Assembly (NCBI GenBank): GCA_965216875.1
Contig: OZ244207.1
Span: 1,216,001-1,280,000 of the forward strand
Source: Rubripirellula sp.
GTDB taxonomy: Bacteria > Planctomycetota > Planctomycetia > Pirellulales > Pirellulaceae
DNA: 64,000 nt
Direction: 5' to 3'
Positions 51,928 to 61,098 of the stretch are shown here, piece after piece. Position 1 is the stretch's first letter. Each line of letters starts with the position of its first letter. Below the pieces are notes generated by a model. That model had not been told where the DNA came from. It saw only the letters and a list, made by a program, of their open reading frames with translations, and ran no database searches. The translations under genes and the position numbers were made by a program.

Positions 51928-52671
51928 ATGACCCAACTGGACGTTCTCTACGAAGACAATCACTTGCTGGTGATCAACAAGCAGGCTGAGATCGCCACGA
52001 TGGGCACGCCCGAAGGGCCCACGATCCATTCGATCGCTGCCGATTACATCAAGGAAAAATACAACAAGCCTGGCAACGTTTACGTCGGTATCGTCAGTCG
52101 GCTTGATGCGATGACCACTGGTGTCCTGGTGCTTGCTAGAACGAGTAAGGCGGCCGGAAGATTGACGACCCAGTTTTCGGGCAAATCAAAACAATCGGGC
52201 GCGGCCAAGATTTACCTCGCCGCTTTCGAGGGCCAACTCGACCGGCCTTCGGGAGAACTCGAAGATTACATTCGCAAGAACGATCACGCCAAACGGAGCA
52301 AGATCGTTGGGCCAGAAAGGGAAGGTGCGAAACTCGCGCGGCTTCGGTACATGACGGTAGGCCAAACCGACGACGAGACACTTGTTGCCATTCAGTTAAT
52401 GACCGGACGCAAACATCAAATTCGTGTTCAGTTTGCGGATCGACGCAATCCCGTGGTTGGCGATCGCAAGTATGGCGCACGATCGGTGTTCCCAGCGGGG
52501 ATCGCGCTGCATAGTTGGCGACTGAGAATCGAACATCCAACACGCAAGGAAGACATGTGGTTTGAAGCGGCGTTGCCACGCAGTTGGAAACGGTTTTCGC
52601 GTTTGTTGACACCGGCTAAGGTAGATGAAATCGAATCCGCATTTGAGTTTGAAGCGGACGGGGCATCGTGA
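51928..52671 (+). CDS. RluA-family pseudouridine synthase
   Basis: VLYEDNHLLVINK, SRLDAMTTG, TGRKHQIRVQ, GDRKYG. Confidence 0.93.
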   Translation: MTQLDVLYEDNHLLVINKQAEIATMGTPEGPTIHSIAADYIKEKYNKPGNVYVGIVSRLDAMTTGVLVLARTSKAAGRLTTQFSGKSKQSGAAKIYLAAFEGQLDRPSGELEDYIRKNDHAKRSKIVGPEREGAKLARLRYMTVGQTDDETLVAIQLMTGRKHQIRVQFADRRNPVVGDRKYGARSVFPAGIALHSWRLRIEHPTRKEDMWFEAALPRSWKRFSRLLTPAKVDEIESAFEFEADGAS

Positions 52672-52684
52672 CCGAAGGGGCAAC

Positions 52685-53173
52685 GTGACAAAAAACGAGG
52701 GCAGTTCGAATTCCTTTGTTCCCCAGCGGATCGTTTCGGGAGGGCAGACCGGAGTCGATCGCGGAGCGCTCGAAGTGGCGATCGCTTTGGGAATCGAACA
52801 TGGTGGCTGGTGCCCCGCGGGCCGGCTCTCCGAAGATGGTTCGATTCCGAGTCGCTATGAATTGGTCGAGTGCGATTCGGCCGACTACCGCGTTCGCACC
52901 GAACAGAATGTGGTCGACAGTGATGCGACGTTGATCCTCTACCGTGGTCGACTCAAAGGAGGCACGTTGCTGACGCGGAATCTTGCCGACCGGCATCGGC
53001 GCCCCTTTTTGACCGTTCGCATGGAACGAGATGATCCGGCGATCGTCCACGCTTGGCTCGATAAGACCAAACCGCAAACGTTGAACATTGCCGGGCCGAG
53101 GGAAAGTACCTGCCCTGGGATTTTTGACGAATCGATCGTGTATCTACTTCCGTGTCTTGGGAGTGCGTCGTAG
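52685..53173 (+). CDS. putative molybdenum-carrier / SLOG-family protein
   Basis: IVSGGQTGVDRGAL, GGWCPAGR, RTEQNV.DSDATL, LNIAGPRES. Confidence 0.88.
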   Translation: MTKNEGSSNSFVPQRIVSGGQTGVDRGALEVAIALGIEHGGWCPAGRLSEDGSIPSRYELVECDSADYRVRTEQNVVDSDATLILYRGRLKGGTLLTRNLADRHRRPFLTVRMERDDPAIVHAWLDKTKPQTLNIAGPRESTCPGIFDESIVYLLPCLGSAS

Positions 53174-53644
53174 CTCACGTGCCAAGCAGGCTTTGTGCAT
53201 GGGTTTGTAACGAGCGGATTGCTGATGGATCCATCTATCTTCTCAGATGGGTGGCAACGGCAGATGGAAGAGATTGTCATGCGGAGCATGACCTACGGAT
53301 GACGCGACATCGTACCCTGGGAATTGCGGTATTTTCACTCGTCCAGCGGGGTTCGGGTGTGCTGTCCGAGAAGTCCGCACAACCGGAACGCAAGTCGGGA
53401 ATCCGCACTGAATTCCTAGTTGCGAAAGCAAGCCCGACTCGCAAGGTCGCCGATACGTTGCCATGTTCCGCTAACCCTAAAAGCTGTTCGCGTTCGACAA
53501 TACGCGAAACCTGGTTGGCGTGAAACACACACTTCCCAACCCACCCGCCACGCAGCGTCCCAAGTGGAAAACCAACGAACACACATTATCTAGGCACCGT
53601 GTTCAAGGATGGTCGGACGTTTGCATTCAGGAGGAACTTCATCC

Positions 53645-55306
53645 ATGTGTCTCCCTCTTTCTCTGATGATTCGTCGTGCTTGTTTTGCTCTTCTCGCAGC
53701 ACTCACCAGCCTTGCAATCTCTCCCATCGTTGTCGCCGAACAAATCGATTGCGGCAATGAATTCCAAGGCTGCGAACCAGTGATGTCGTCCTGCGAGTTT
53801 GAATTGCAGCAGAGCGAAACGGCAAACGAATTTGAAGATGAACTTTGTGGTTGGGCCACGCACGATTCGTGTCCCGTACCACGTGTCGCCATGGCGTCGC
53901 GAACGTCCTCGACATTCCAGCTGTATCCCGACGCGCTCGCTTGGCCCATCGAAGAAACCGAGCCGCAACCCAGCAACACCTTCGAAGAATCGCTGGCGAC
54001 CGCCGCCGCAACCGCCTGTGCATCGGCGGGGATTTCGGTCGAGCAGATCATTGAACCGTTTGCGATGGTCGGCCCCAACATGCCGCACACCCTTGAGCAA
54101 GTCAAACGTTTCCAGCAATGGTGGGCGGACGCGTTTGAAAAAGCAAAAGCGGAAGCGGAACGGGCAGCGGACGAGGAGGAAGCTGATGAAGCGTCCGAGC
54201 CAGCCGTCGAAGCCACCGCGGTTGAAGAAGTGATTGATGAGGCCGGCGTGATTGCTGCGGTAGAAGCGTTTCCCGCACCAACCGTTGACGAAGTACTCGA
54301 TTCGATCGCGGAGGCAGTTGGGCTAAGTGCTGACAAGAATGCTGCGGAGGATGCCGAGGCTGTCGATGTCGTTGCCGGACCAATTGACGCTGATGCCGAA
54401 GCAAGCGAGTTTGCGGAACCTTCGGTCGATCCGGCGTGGGAACTACTCGCCTCGGAGGACGCAACGGAAACATCCCCCTCGGACCTGGAACAATGGGGGC
54501 CAAGCGTCGTGATCTTTGTTGAGACCGAAGTGGTCGAAGAAACGGAAAAGGCGGACGCTGAACCGAGCAGCGAAGTGCCTAGCCCCGCGGTTTCTCAGGT
54601 TGGTTCGTCACCCATCATCGTGACGTTGGAAGAAGCCTACATGCCCTACGATTTGGCGGCTCGCGATCTTCGCGTGTGGAGTGTGTTCCCGATGGTGACC
54701 GACCCGTATTGCTCGCGAGGCCGTTCGGAATGTGACCCGATTTGGACGGCCACCGAAGCTGCGCCAGCGGCAGTAGCAAACGAATCCGAAGAGAACCAAC
54801 CTGAAGAGAAGGTTGCTGAGGCACCGGTCGACGAAGCAGACTTGGCGGTCGTTGAGGAAGTCGACGCCAATGAAGCGAGTGTCGAGGTTGTTGCAGAAGA
54901 GGCGGCAGCAGCCGAGGTTGCATTCACACTCAACACCTCGCCCGATTGTTTGCTTGATGATCTGATTTGGCGTGTCGATAGTGTGGCGATTGACTACGCC
55001 GATTGGGCACAGTTGACCACGTACGGCGATACCCTGGTGCGGGTGTCGGTGCGAAGTAGCCGGGTACGAGAATCAGCCGTGTCGCAACTTGCCTCGGTCT
55101 GGCCGCTACCTTCGAAGATCGTTCCGCCGGTCAAAGAAACAGCAGGGGCGGCACTGTTGGCTCGAGCTGGTGCGGTGGTCGAAAGTGATGTCTGCCTGGA
55201 ACCGTTTGAGCAACCTGAGTCGTTCGAGTTGGGCGAACCCGGCGACGTTATCGTCAACGACGCGGTTCAGATCGCCGAGGCACCCGCGGAGTCGACCCTG
55301 CGGTAG
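53645..55306 (+). CDS. acidic secreted hypothetical protein
   Basis: signal peptide, E/A-rich, long ORF. Confidence 0.7.
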   Translation: MCLPLSLMIRRACFALLAALTSLAISPIVVAEQIDCGNEFQGCEPVMSSCEFELQQSETANEFEDELCGWATHDSCPVPRVAMASRTSSTFQLYPDALAWPIEETEPQPSNTFEESLATAAATACASAGISVEQIIEPFAMVGPNMPHTLEQVKRFQQWWADAFEKAKAEAERAADEEEADEASEPAVEATAVEEVIDEAGVIAAVEAFPAPTVDEVLDSIAEAVGLSADKNAAEDAEAVDVVAGPIDADAEASEFAEPSVDPAWELLASEDATETSPSDLEQWGPSVVIFVETEVVEETEKADAEPSSEVPSPAVSQVGSSPIIVTLEEAYMPYDLAARDLRVWSVFPMVTDPYCSRGRSECDPIWTATEAAPAAVANESEENQPEEKVAEAPVDEADLAVVEEVDANEASVEVVAEEAAAAEVAFTLNTSPDCLLDDLIWRVDSVAIDYADWAQLTTYGDTLVRVSVRSSRVRESAVSQLASVWPLPSKIVPPVKETAGAALLARAGAVVESDVCLEPFEQPESFELGEPGDVIVNDAVQIAEAPAESTLR

Positions 55307-55405
55307 GTCGCGTTTCGGTCGAACGCAGAACGACCACGTCGACTCATCTGGCGGGATACAGTCGACGTGGTTGGGGTATGCGTCATCGTCGCCGCGGACC
55401 ACTTG

Positions 55406-56710
55406 CTAACGTCGGTCGCGCCAAACCGCGCCCGTTGGAAATTCGTGGTCGCGCAGCGAATCTTCGAGCATCGTGATGCTGTAGCCCGGCTTGGTCGGCA
55501 AGCGGTACTTTGCCTTTTCGACTCGTAGGCGATCGACGAAGTGTTCGTGCAGGTGATCCGAAAACTCGAGCACCACTCCGTCGAGCGACGGCGAGATGGC
55601 GATGTAGTTGACCGCCGAAAGGTGTTGGATGTAGTTGCATAAGCCAACGCCGCCGGCATGGGGGCAAACGGGGATTTCGAATTTGGCGGCCATCAGCATG
55701 ATCGCCAAGAGTTCGTTGACCCCACCGACGCGACACGAATCGATCTGGCAATACTGCATCGCGCCCGCTTGCATGAACTGTTTGAACATCACACGGTTTG
55801 CGATGGCTTCACCCGTTGCCACACCGATCGGAGCGATGTCTTTCGAGATGCGAGCGTGTGCGAGGACATCATCAGGCGAGGTGGGTTCTTCGATCCAGAC
55901 GGGATTGAATTTCGCGAGCTTGCCCATCTGATCGACCGCTTCAGCGGCGTCCCAAACTTGGTTGGCGTCCATCATCAGATGTCGATCCTCGCCAATTTCT
56001 TCGCGAATGATTGCGGCTCGGTGCAGGTCGTCGTCGAGATTGGCCCCCACTTTCATTTTGAACCAGTCGAAACCGAGGTCGAGATACTTGCGGCAGAGTT
56101 CCCGACGATGGTCGTCGCTATACCCCATCCACCCGGCGCTTGACGTGTAGCAGGGCAAACCGCCTGCGAGCAGTTCTTCTTCGCGTTCAGCTTTGGTTGA
56201 CTCGTTCTGTTTCAGGATGGCGATCGCTTCGTCAGGAGTCAGCGCATCGGTGATGTGGTGAAAGTCAATGCAGGAAACCAACTGCTCGGGCGACATGTCC
56301 GAAAGCAGCTTCCATACAGGTTTGCCCTGTTGTTTGGCGTAGAGGTCCCAGAGAGCATTCACGACGGCCGCGAACGAGGTGTGGATCAAACCTCGTTCGG
56401 GCCCCAGCCAACGCAATTGACTTTCGTTACAGGTGTCGTGCCAAAATGCGGCGAAGTCATCGGTGATCGACTCGAGCGTGCGGCCGACGACGAACCGCTT
56501 GAGTGTTTTGATCGCTGCGACGCAGAGCTCGGTGCCGCGGCCGAGTGTGAAAGTAATTCCATGTCCTTCAAGCCCGTCGACGTCGGTGGTCAATGTGACG
56601 TAGGCACAGGAATAATCGGGGTCGACGTGAATCGCATCCGATCCGTGCAGTGCGTCGGATGTGGGAAAACGGATGTCGCGTACATCGAGATCGGTAATCT
56701 TGGTTGGCAT
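55406..56710 (-). CDS. L-fuconate dehydratase-like enolase-superfamily protein
   Basis: DIRFPTS..GSDA, FKMKVG, DANQ, EEPTSPDD, PHAGGVGLC. Confidence 0.9.
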   Translation of the reverse strand: MPTKITDLDVRDIRFPTSDALHGSDAIHVDPDYSCAYVTLTTDVDGLEGHGITFTLGRGTELCVAAIKTLKRFVVGRTLESITDDFAAFWHDTCNESQLRWLGPERGLIHTSFAAVVNALWDLYAKQQGKPVWKLLSDMSPEQLVSCIDFHHITDALTPDEAIAILKQNESTKAEREEELLAGGLPCYTSSAGWMGYSDDHRRELCRKYLDLGFDWFKMKVGANLDDDLHRAAIIREEIGEDRHLMMDANQVWDAAEAVDQMGKLAKFNPVWIEEPTSPDDVLAHARISKDIAPIGVATGEAIANRVMFKQFMQAGAMQYCQIDSCRVGGVNELLAIMLMAAKFEIPVCPHAGGVGLCNYIQHLSAVNYIAISPSLDGVVLEFSDHLHEHFVDRLRVEKAKYRLPTKPGYSITMLEDSLRDHEFPTGAVWRDRR

Positions 56711-56801
56711 TGTGGTGGCGAAACGAGGTGGGAGCGGCAGCGCGAGGGATGCGTCGGACGCTTGGGGAAGGAGTGGAGTAGAAAATGGAGAATGCCGGTG
56801 A

Positions 56802-59693
56802 TCAATACAACAATAACGCTGCGTCGCTCGCCAACAGGGTGCAGCATACCTGAGTCCAGGCTGCGACTTCAGTGGGCTCGAGATCGGAATCGACCGGCGC
56901 ATCACCGACGGCAAGCAGGGCCGACGCATCGTCACGCGATCCTTGATAACGCCCGGTCATGAATTCAATCAAAGATTGGACCACACCGAGCTCACGATCA
57001 TTGGCATTGCGACAAGCGATCCATTGATAAAGCTGGTTGATCCTCGCTTCATCGTCGGAGTGCGTTTTGATCAAACGCTGGGCAAGCGATCGAGCCATTT
57101 CAATTCGTTGGATTTCGTTCAATAGGCCAAGCGATTGAAGTGGCGTGTTGGTTCGCGAGCGACGAACACAGCTTGATTCGCGATCGGGCGCATCGAAAAG
57201 CGTCATCATTGGATGGGGGCTTGTGCGTTTCCAATAGACGTACAGGCTTCGCCGATAAACTTGTTGCCCTTCGTCGCGAACGTATTTCTTGGTGTTGCTC
57301 GCCGGATGCGCCAGGGCCATCCACATGCCAGCCGGTTGGTAGGGACGAAACCCTTCGCCGCCCATATGATCATCAAGCAGGCCGCTGGTTAGTAGCCCGA
57401 TGTCGCGAAGGACTTCTGCATCGAGTCGGTAGCTTGATGCACGAGCGTAGAGATGGTTTTCGGGATCGTCGATGTCGCGTCGCCAAACACTGCTTTGGCG
57501 AAACGTTCGGCTGGTCACCATTTGCCGCAAGAGTTGTTTCAGGTTCCAACCGTTCTCTTGCAACTCGACCGCCAACCAATCAAGCAATTCCGGATGAGTC
57601 GGTTGCATTCCTTGCAGCCCAAAGTCCTCGGGCGTGCGGACCAACCCAAAACCGAACGTTCGCTGCCAGATTCGATTGACCAGGACACGCGAGACCAACG
57701 GGTTCTCTGACGACGTGAGCCAAGCCGCCAACCCAAGTCGGTTGCGCGGCGCATCATCAGGCAAGTCGCCCAAAACGCTGAGGATGCCTGGTGTGAGGGG
57801 TTCGCCAACGGGCAAGTCGTACTCGCCGCGATTGAGCATTCGCGTTTGCCGAGGTTTCGCAAGCTCTCGTGCAACCAGGGTGGTCGTGAAACTGTTTTGT
57901 GCTTCGGTGATTTCACGCGATAGCTGGGCAGCTCGAACTTGTAGGTCTCCCGAGCCGAAGGGACCGGCCGCGTCGGCGATCATCGCCATCTGGTCGTTGC
58001 GATCACACTTCGCCCAGTCGCCGGTTTTGGCCAACGCATCCCACGGATTGGAAACTTGCAATTCAAGTTGCGCCATTCCGCCGAACCCAACGACTCGGAC
58101 TTCGAGATTGTGTTGGCCCTCAGACAACGAGATAGGAACTGTCAGTCGGGGCTCGTGATTGTCTTTGGTAACGAGAGGCTCGGGCTTACCGTCGACGTAC
58201 ACCGCAGTGCCGGCTGCACCCGAGAGTGTCAATTGAAGGTGCTGGTCCGTACCGACCTTGGCTTGAAAGGCGATCGAAACGGATTGGTCCTTGCCGGGGA
58301 GTTTGTTGCGAGCTTGTTTACCCGAAATGGTTCCAGGCAGTCCGACCGCTTTCTGCCATTGATCGCTCGGTGAGGCACTTGAGTCGTAGGGTTGTGAGAT
58401 CCGCCAATTGAAGGTGCGCCATTTGCTCCGGGCTCGAGAAAACTCGACGTGCGCATTCCCGTCGCCAACTCGGACGCTCGCTTCATCAAGCAAGGCGTCA
58501 CGACGTTGTTCCATTTCGTTCCACCGCATCCATGCCGCTTGTCCATCGGGAACATTGACGGTCGGCCCGTAGGTGTAAGAGTTTCCATCGAGCGCTGGTT
58601 CGGCAGTGTTGTTGAAGAACGCCAGAAGTTGGTAGTACTCCGACTGCGGAATGGGGTCGTATTTGTGCGTGTGGCATCGCGCGCAGGTGAGTGACAATCC
58701 AAGAAAAACAGTTCCGAGAGTTTCGACTCGGTCAAAGTTGTTTTTCATTTGAAACTCGGCGGGAATGGCGCCGCCTTCACCCGTGCTCGGGTTAAGCCGC
58801 ACATAGCCCGTTGCCACCCGTTGTGCGAGTGTTGGATTTGGCATCAAGTCGCCGGCAATTTGCCAGGTGATGAACTTGTCGAGCGGAAGGTTCTGGTTCA
58901 GGGCGCCAACGACCCAATCACGATACGGGTAGATGCCGCGTCGGTTATCCAAATGCAATCCGTGGGTGTCACCGTAGCGAACGGCGTCGAGCCAGTAGCG
59001 GGCTTGATGTTCGCCAAACCGCGCACTCTCGAGCAACGAATCGACGAGACGTTCATAGGCACCTTCGGAATCATCCTGCAAGAACGTTGCCAATTGCTCG
59101 GCCGTTGGTGGCAGGCCGGTGAGTACCAGTGCGACGCGCCGAGCAAGGACAGACTTGTCGGCTTCCGGCGCGAACGAAACCTTGGCCTCGCGTAATCCAT
59201 GTTCGATGTACCAATCGATGGCGGACACATCGCTTGGCAGGCCTGGCTGTTTTTGCGGTGGTACGAAAGCCCAATGCGTTGCGTATTGGCCTCCCGATTC
59301 AATCCACCGTTTCAACAGCGCTCGCTCGTCCTCGGTCAGCTGTTTCTCAGCACCCTCGGGCGGCATGGGGTCGTCTTCGGAAAAGATCCTCGACAACAAT
59401 TCACTTTGCGCTGGCGCCTCTGGATCGATTGCTTTGTAACCGCCAAGGTCGGTGGTCGCCGCTTCAAGCGAATCGAGTCTCAGGTCGGATTGATCGTCCG
59501 AATCGGGCCCGTGGCAAACGAAACACTTGTCGGAAAGGATCGGCAGGATCTGTTTGGCAAAATCGACCTTGGTCGATGAAGAAGTTGTCGAGTCGTCGGG
59601 CTGAGCCGCTGCGGACTGCGCTTTGACCTGTGCGAGGGGGGCGACGGCAAGCAGCGCAACCAAGGCTGCGCGAAGGAATCGAGGTTTGCACAT
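56802..59693 (-). CDS. PSD1 and planctomycete cytochrome c domain protein (DUF1549/DUF1553)
   Basis: CFVCHG, CARCHTHKYDPI, WLDAVRYGDTHG, HPELLDWLA, TPLQSL. Confidence 0.93.
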   Translation of the reverse strand: MCKPRFLRAALVALLAVAPLAQVKAQSAAAQPDDSTTSSSTKVDFAKQILPILSDKCFVCHGPDSDDQSDLRLDSLEAATTDLGGYKAIDPEAPAQSELLSRIFSEDDPMPPEGAEKQLTEDERALLKRWIESGGQYATHWAFVPPQKQPGLPSDVSAIDWYIEHGLREAKVSFAPEADKSVLARRVALVLTGLPPTAEQLATFLQDDSEGAYERLVDSLLESARFGEHQARYWLDAVRYGDTHGLHLDNRRGIYPYRDWVVGALNQNLPLDKFITWQIAGDLMPNPTLAQRVATGYVRLNPSTGEGGAIPAEFQMKNNFDRVETLGTVFLGLSLTCARCHTHKYDPIPQSEYYQLLAFFNNTAEPALDGNSYTYGPTVNVPDGQAAWMRWNEMEQRRDALLDEASVRVGDGNAHVEFSRARSKWRTFNWRISQPYDSSASPSDQWQKAVGLPGTISGKQARNKLPGKDQSVSIAFQAKVGTDQHLQLTLSGAAGTAVYVDGKPEPLVTKDNHEPRLTVPISLSEGQHNLEVRVVGFGGMAQLELQVSNPWDALAKTGDWAKCDRNDQMAMIADAAGPFGSGDLQVRAAQLSREITEAQNSFTTTLVARELAKPRQTRMLNRGEYDLPVGEPLTPGILSVLGDLPDDAPRNRLGLAAWLTSSENPLVSRVLVNRIWQRTFGFGLVRTPEDFGLQGMQPTHPELLDWLAVELQENGWNLKQLLRQMVTSRTFRQSSVWRRDIDDPENHLYARASSYRLDAEVLRDIGLLTSGLLDDHMGGEGFRPYQPAGMWMALAHPASNTKKYVRDEGQQVYRRSLYVYWKRTSPHPMMTLFDAPDRESSCVRRSRTNTPLQSLGLLNEIQRIEMARSLAQRLIKTHSDDEARINQLYQWIACRNANDRELGVVQSLIEFMTGRYQGSRDDASALLAVGDAPVDSDLEPTEVAAWTQVCCTLLASDAALLLY

Positions 59694-59821
59694 GTCGGAC
59701 TTGCTCGTTCTCCCTTTGCGACCCGTTTGGCGGGATTGGAACAGGTCGCGATCGACTATGGGTTGGCGTTGCCCAAAGGTGGTTCAGGCAAACTCCAACC
59801 AAGATACCGAAGGCCTGAGCT

Positions 59822-60775
59822 CTATCGGCGCTCGATCCAGGGATTTTCTTCGTCACTGACGACGATATTCGAGTTGACGAAACTGACGATGGCTTGAATG
59901 ACACCGGAGCTCTGTTCGTTAACAAGGCGAACTCCACCCAACGAAGTGTTGGGCATCACCAAATCGAAACCATCGGCGGTTCCGCGCCCGAGCCGTTTCT
60001 TGACGCTTTCGATACGCTTGGCGATTCGTCGAGCCTCGTCGGCCTCGTCGTGCGTTTTTCCTGCTGCAATCATGATTGGCAGGCGGACCAAGTTGGGGTC
60101 GTTCAGGGCTGGGTCAAGCGCGACACCTTTGATTTGCTTTTCCGGAGAAATCAAAACGAGTGCTTTGACGTCTTGACCTTGCTTGACGCGCCCGATGCTT
60201 TGAAATTGCCAATCGCGTTGTGCCCATCGGGCTGCCATCACACAGCCTTCGCCGACACCAACGACCACGAGTGCGTTGAGGTTAAGCGATTCGTCGTTGT
60301 TTTCATCTTTCAAGAACGCCTTGGCCTTTTCCAAGTCGAACGAGATGATGTTTTCGATGTCGCGTTTGGACATCTGTTCGACGTTGAATTCTTTGGTTTC
60401 GCCCGCTCGGTTGGTGTATTCCTTGCTTGTGCCGTGACCGCGATAGTTTGGCGCCAGAACGGCACAGCCCGCTTTGTTCAGGGCGATCACCAGCTTGGCG
60501 TAGGCACCCGCTTGTCCTTTCCATTCATGCACCAGCAATACGGTGGTGGCATCTTTGCCTCGATCCGAAGGGAAATAGAACGCGCTCAACTTCACACCAT
60601 CTTTGGTTTTGAGCGTTACCGGTCGCGGTTTCGGCTTGTCGTCACTGCGTTTGCGGTTGGATTGTGCCATCGCCGATGAGGCGACCGCGACGACCATCAA
60701 AAAGATGAACGTCATCACGAGACGTTGTCGAATGGTCTTGGCTCTTTCGTCTTTTGCTGCAGCGACTGCTCGCAT
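59822..60775 (-). CDS. alpha/beta hydrolase-fold protein (start uncertain)
   Basis: TKDGVKL, RGHGTS; GVGEG occupies the nucleophile elbow with no Ser. Confidence 0.75.
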   Translation of the reverse strand: MRAVAAAKDERAKTIRQRLVMTFIFLMVVAVASSAMAQSNRKRSDDKPKPRPVTLKTKDGVKLSAFYFPSDRGKDATTVLLVHEWKGQAGAYAKLVIALNKAGCAVLAPNYRGHGTSKEYTNRAGETKEFNVEQMSKRDIENIISFDLEKAKAFLKDENNDESLNLNALVVVGVGEGCVMAARWAQRDWQFQSIGRVKQGQDVKALVLISPEKQIKGVALDPALNDPNLVRLPIMIAAGKTHDEADEARRIAKRIESVKKRLGRGTADGFDLVMPNTSLGGVRLVNEQSSGVIQAIVSFVNSNIVVSDEENPWIERR

Positions 60776-61098
60776 CGAGTATCCCCTCTTTCTGTGCATC
60801 ATTGCTTGAGTGGTGAATCTGGTCATTGCGTCCGCAATGACCGAAGCCGTGAGCCAAGGCCATTCTTGAGGCCCGAGCCGAGACTACATTGGGGTGGTAT
60901 CGTCAGTGGAGAGGAGCCAAATTTCGTCTCTTCCTCAACACTGAACTTCATTTTAGAGGTTAGACGCCATCTTGAGTGGGGTCAAACTCGCATTTCGCCT
61001 TGTTGGACAACCTCAAGACGCGTGCTCCATCTATAATCCTCAGTCCCGCCAAGAAGATTCTCACCTCATTCCTGCTCGCCCAAGGTCTATCGGCCGTG

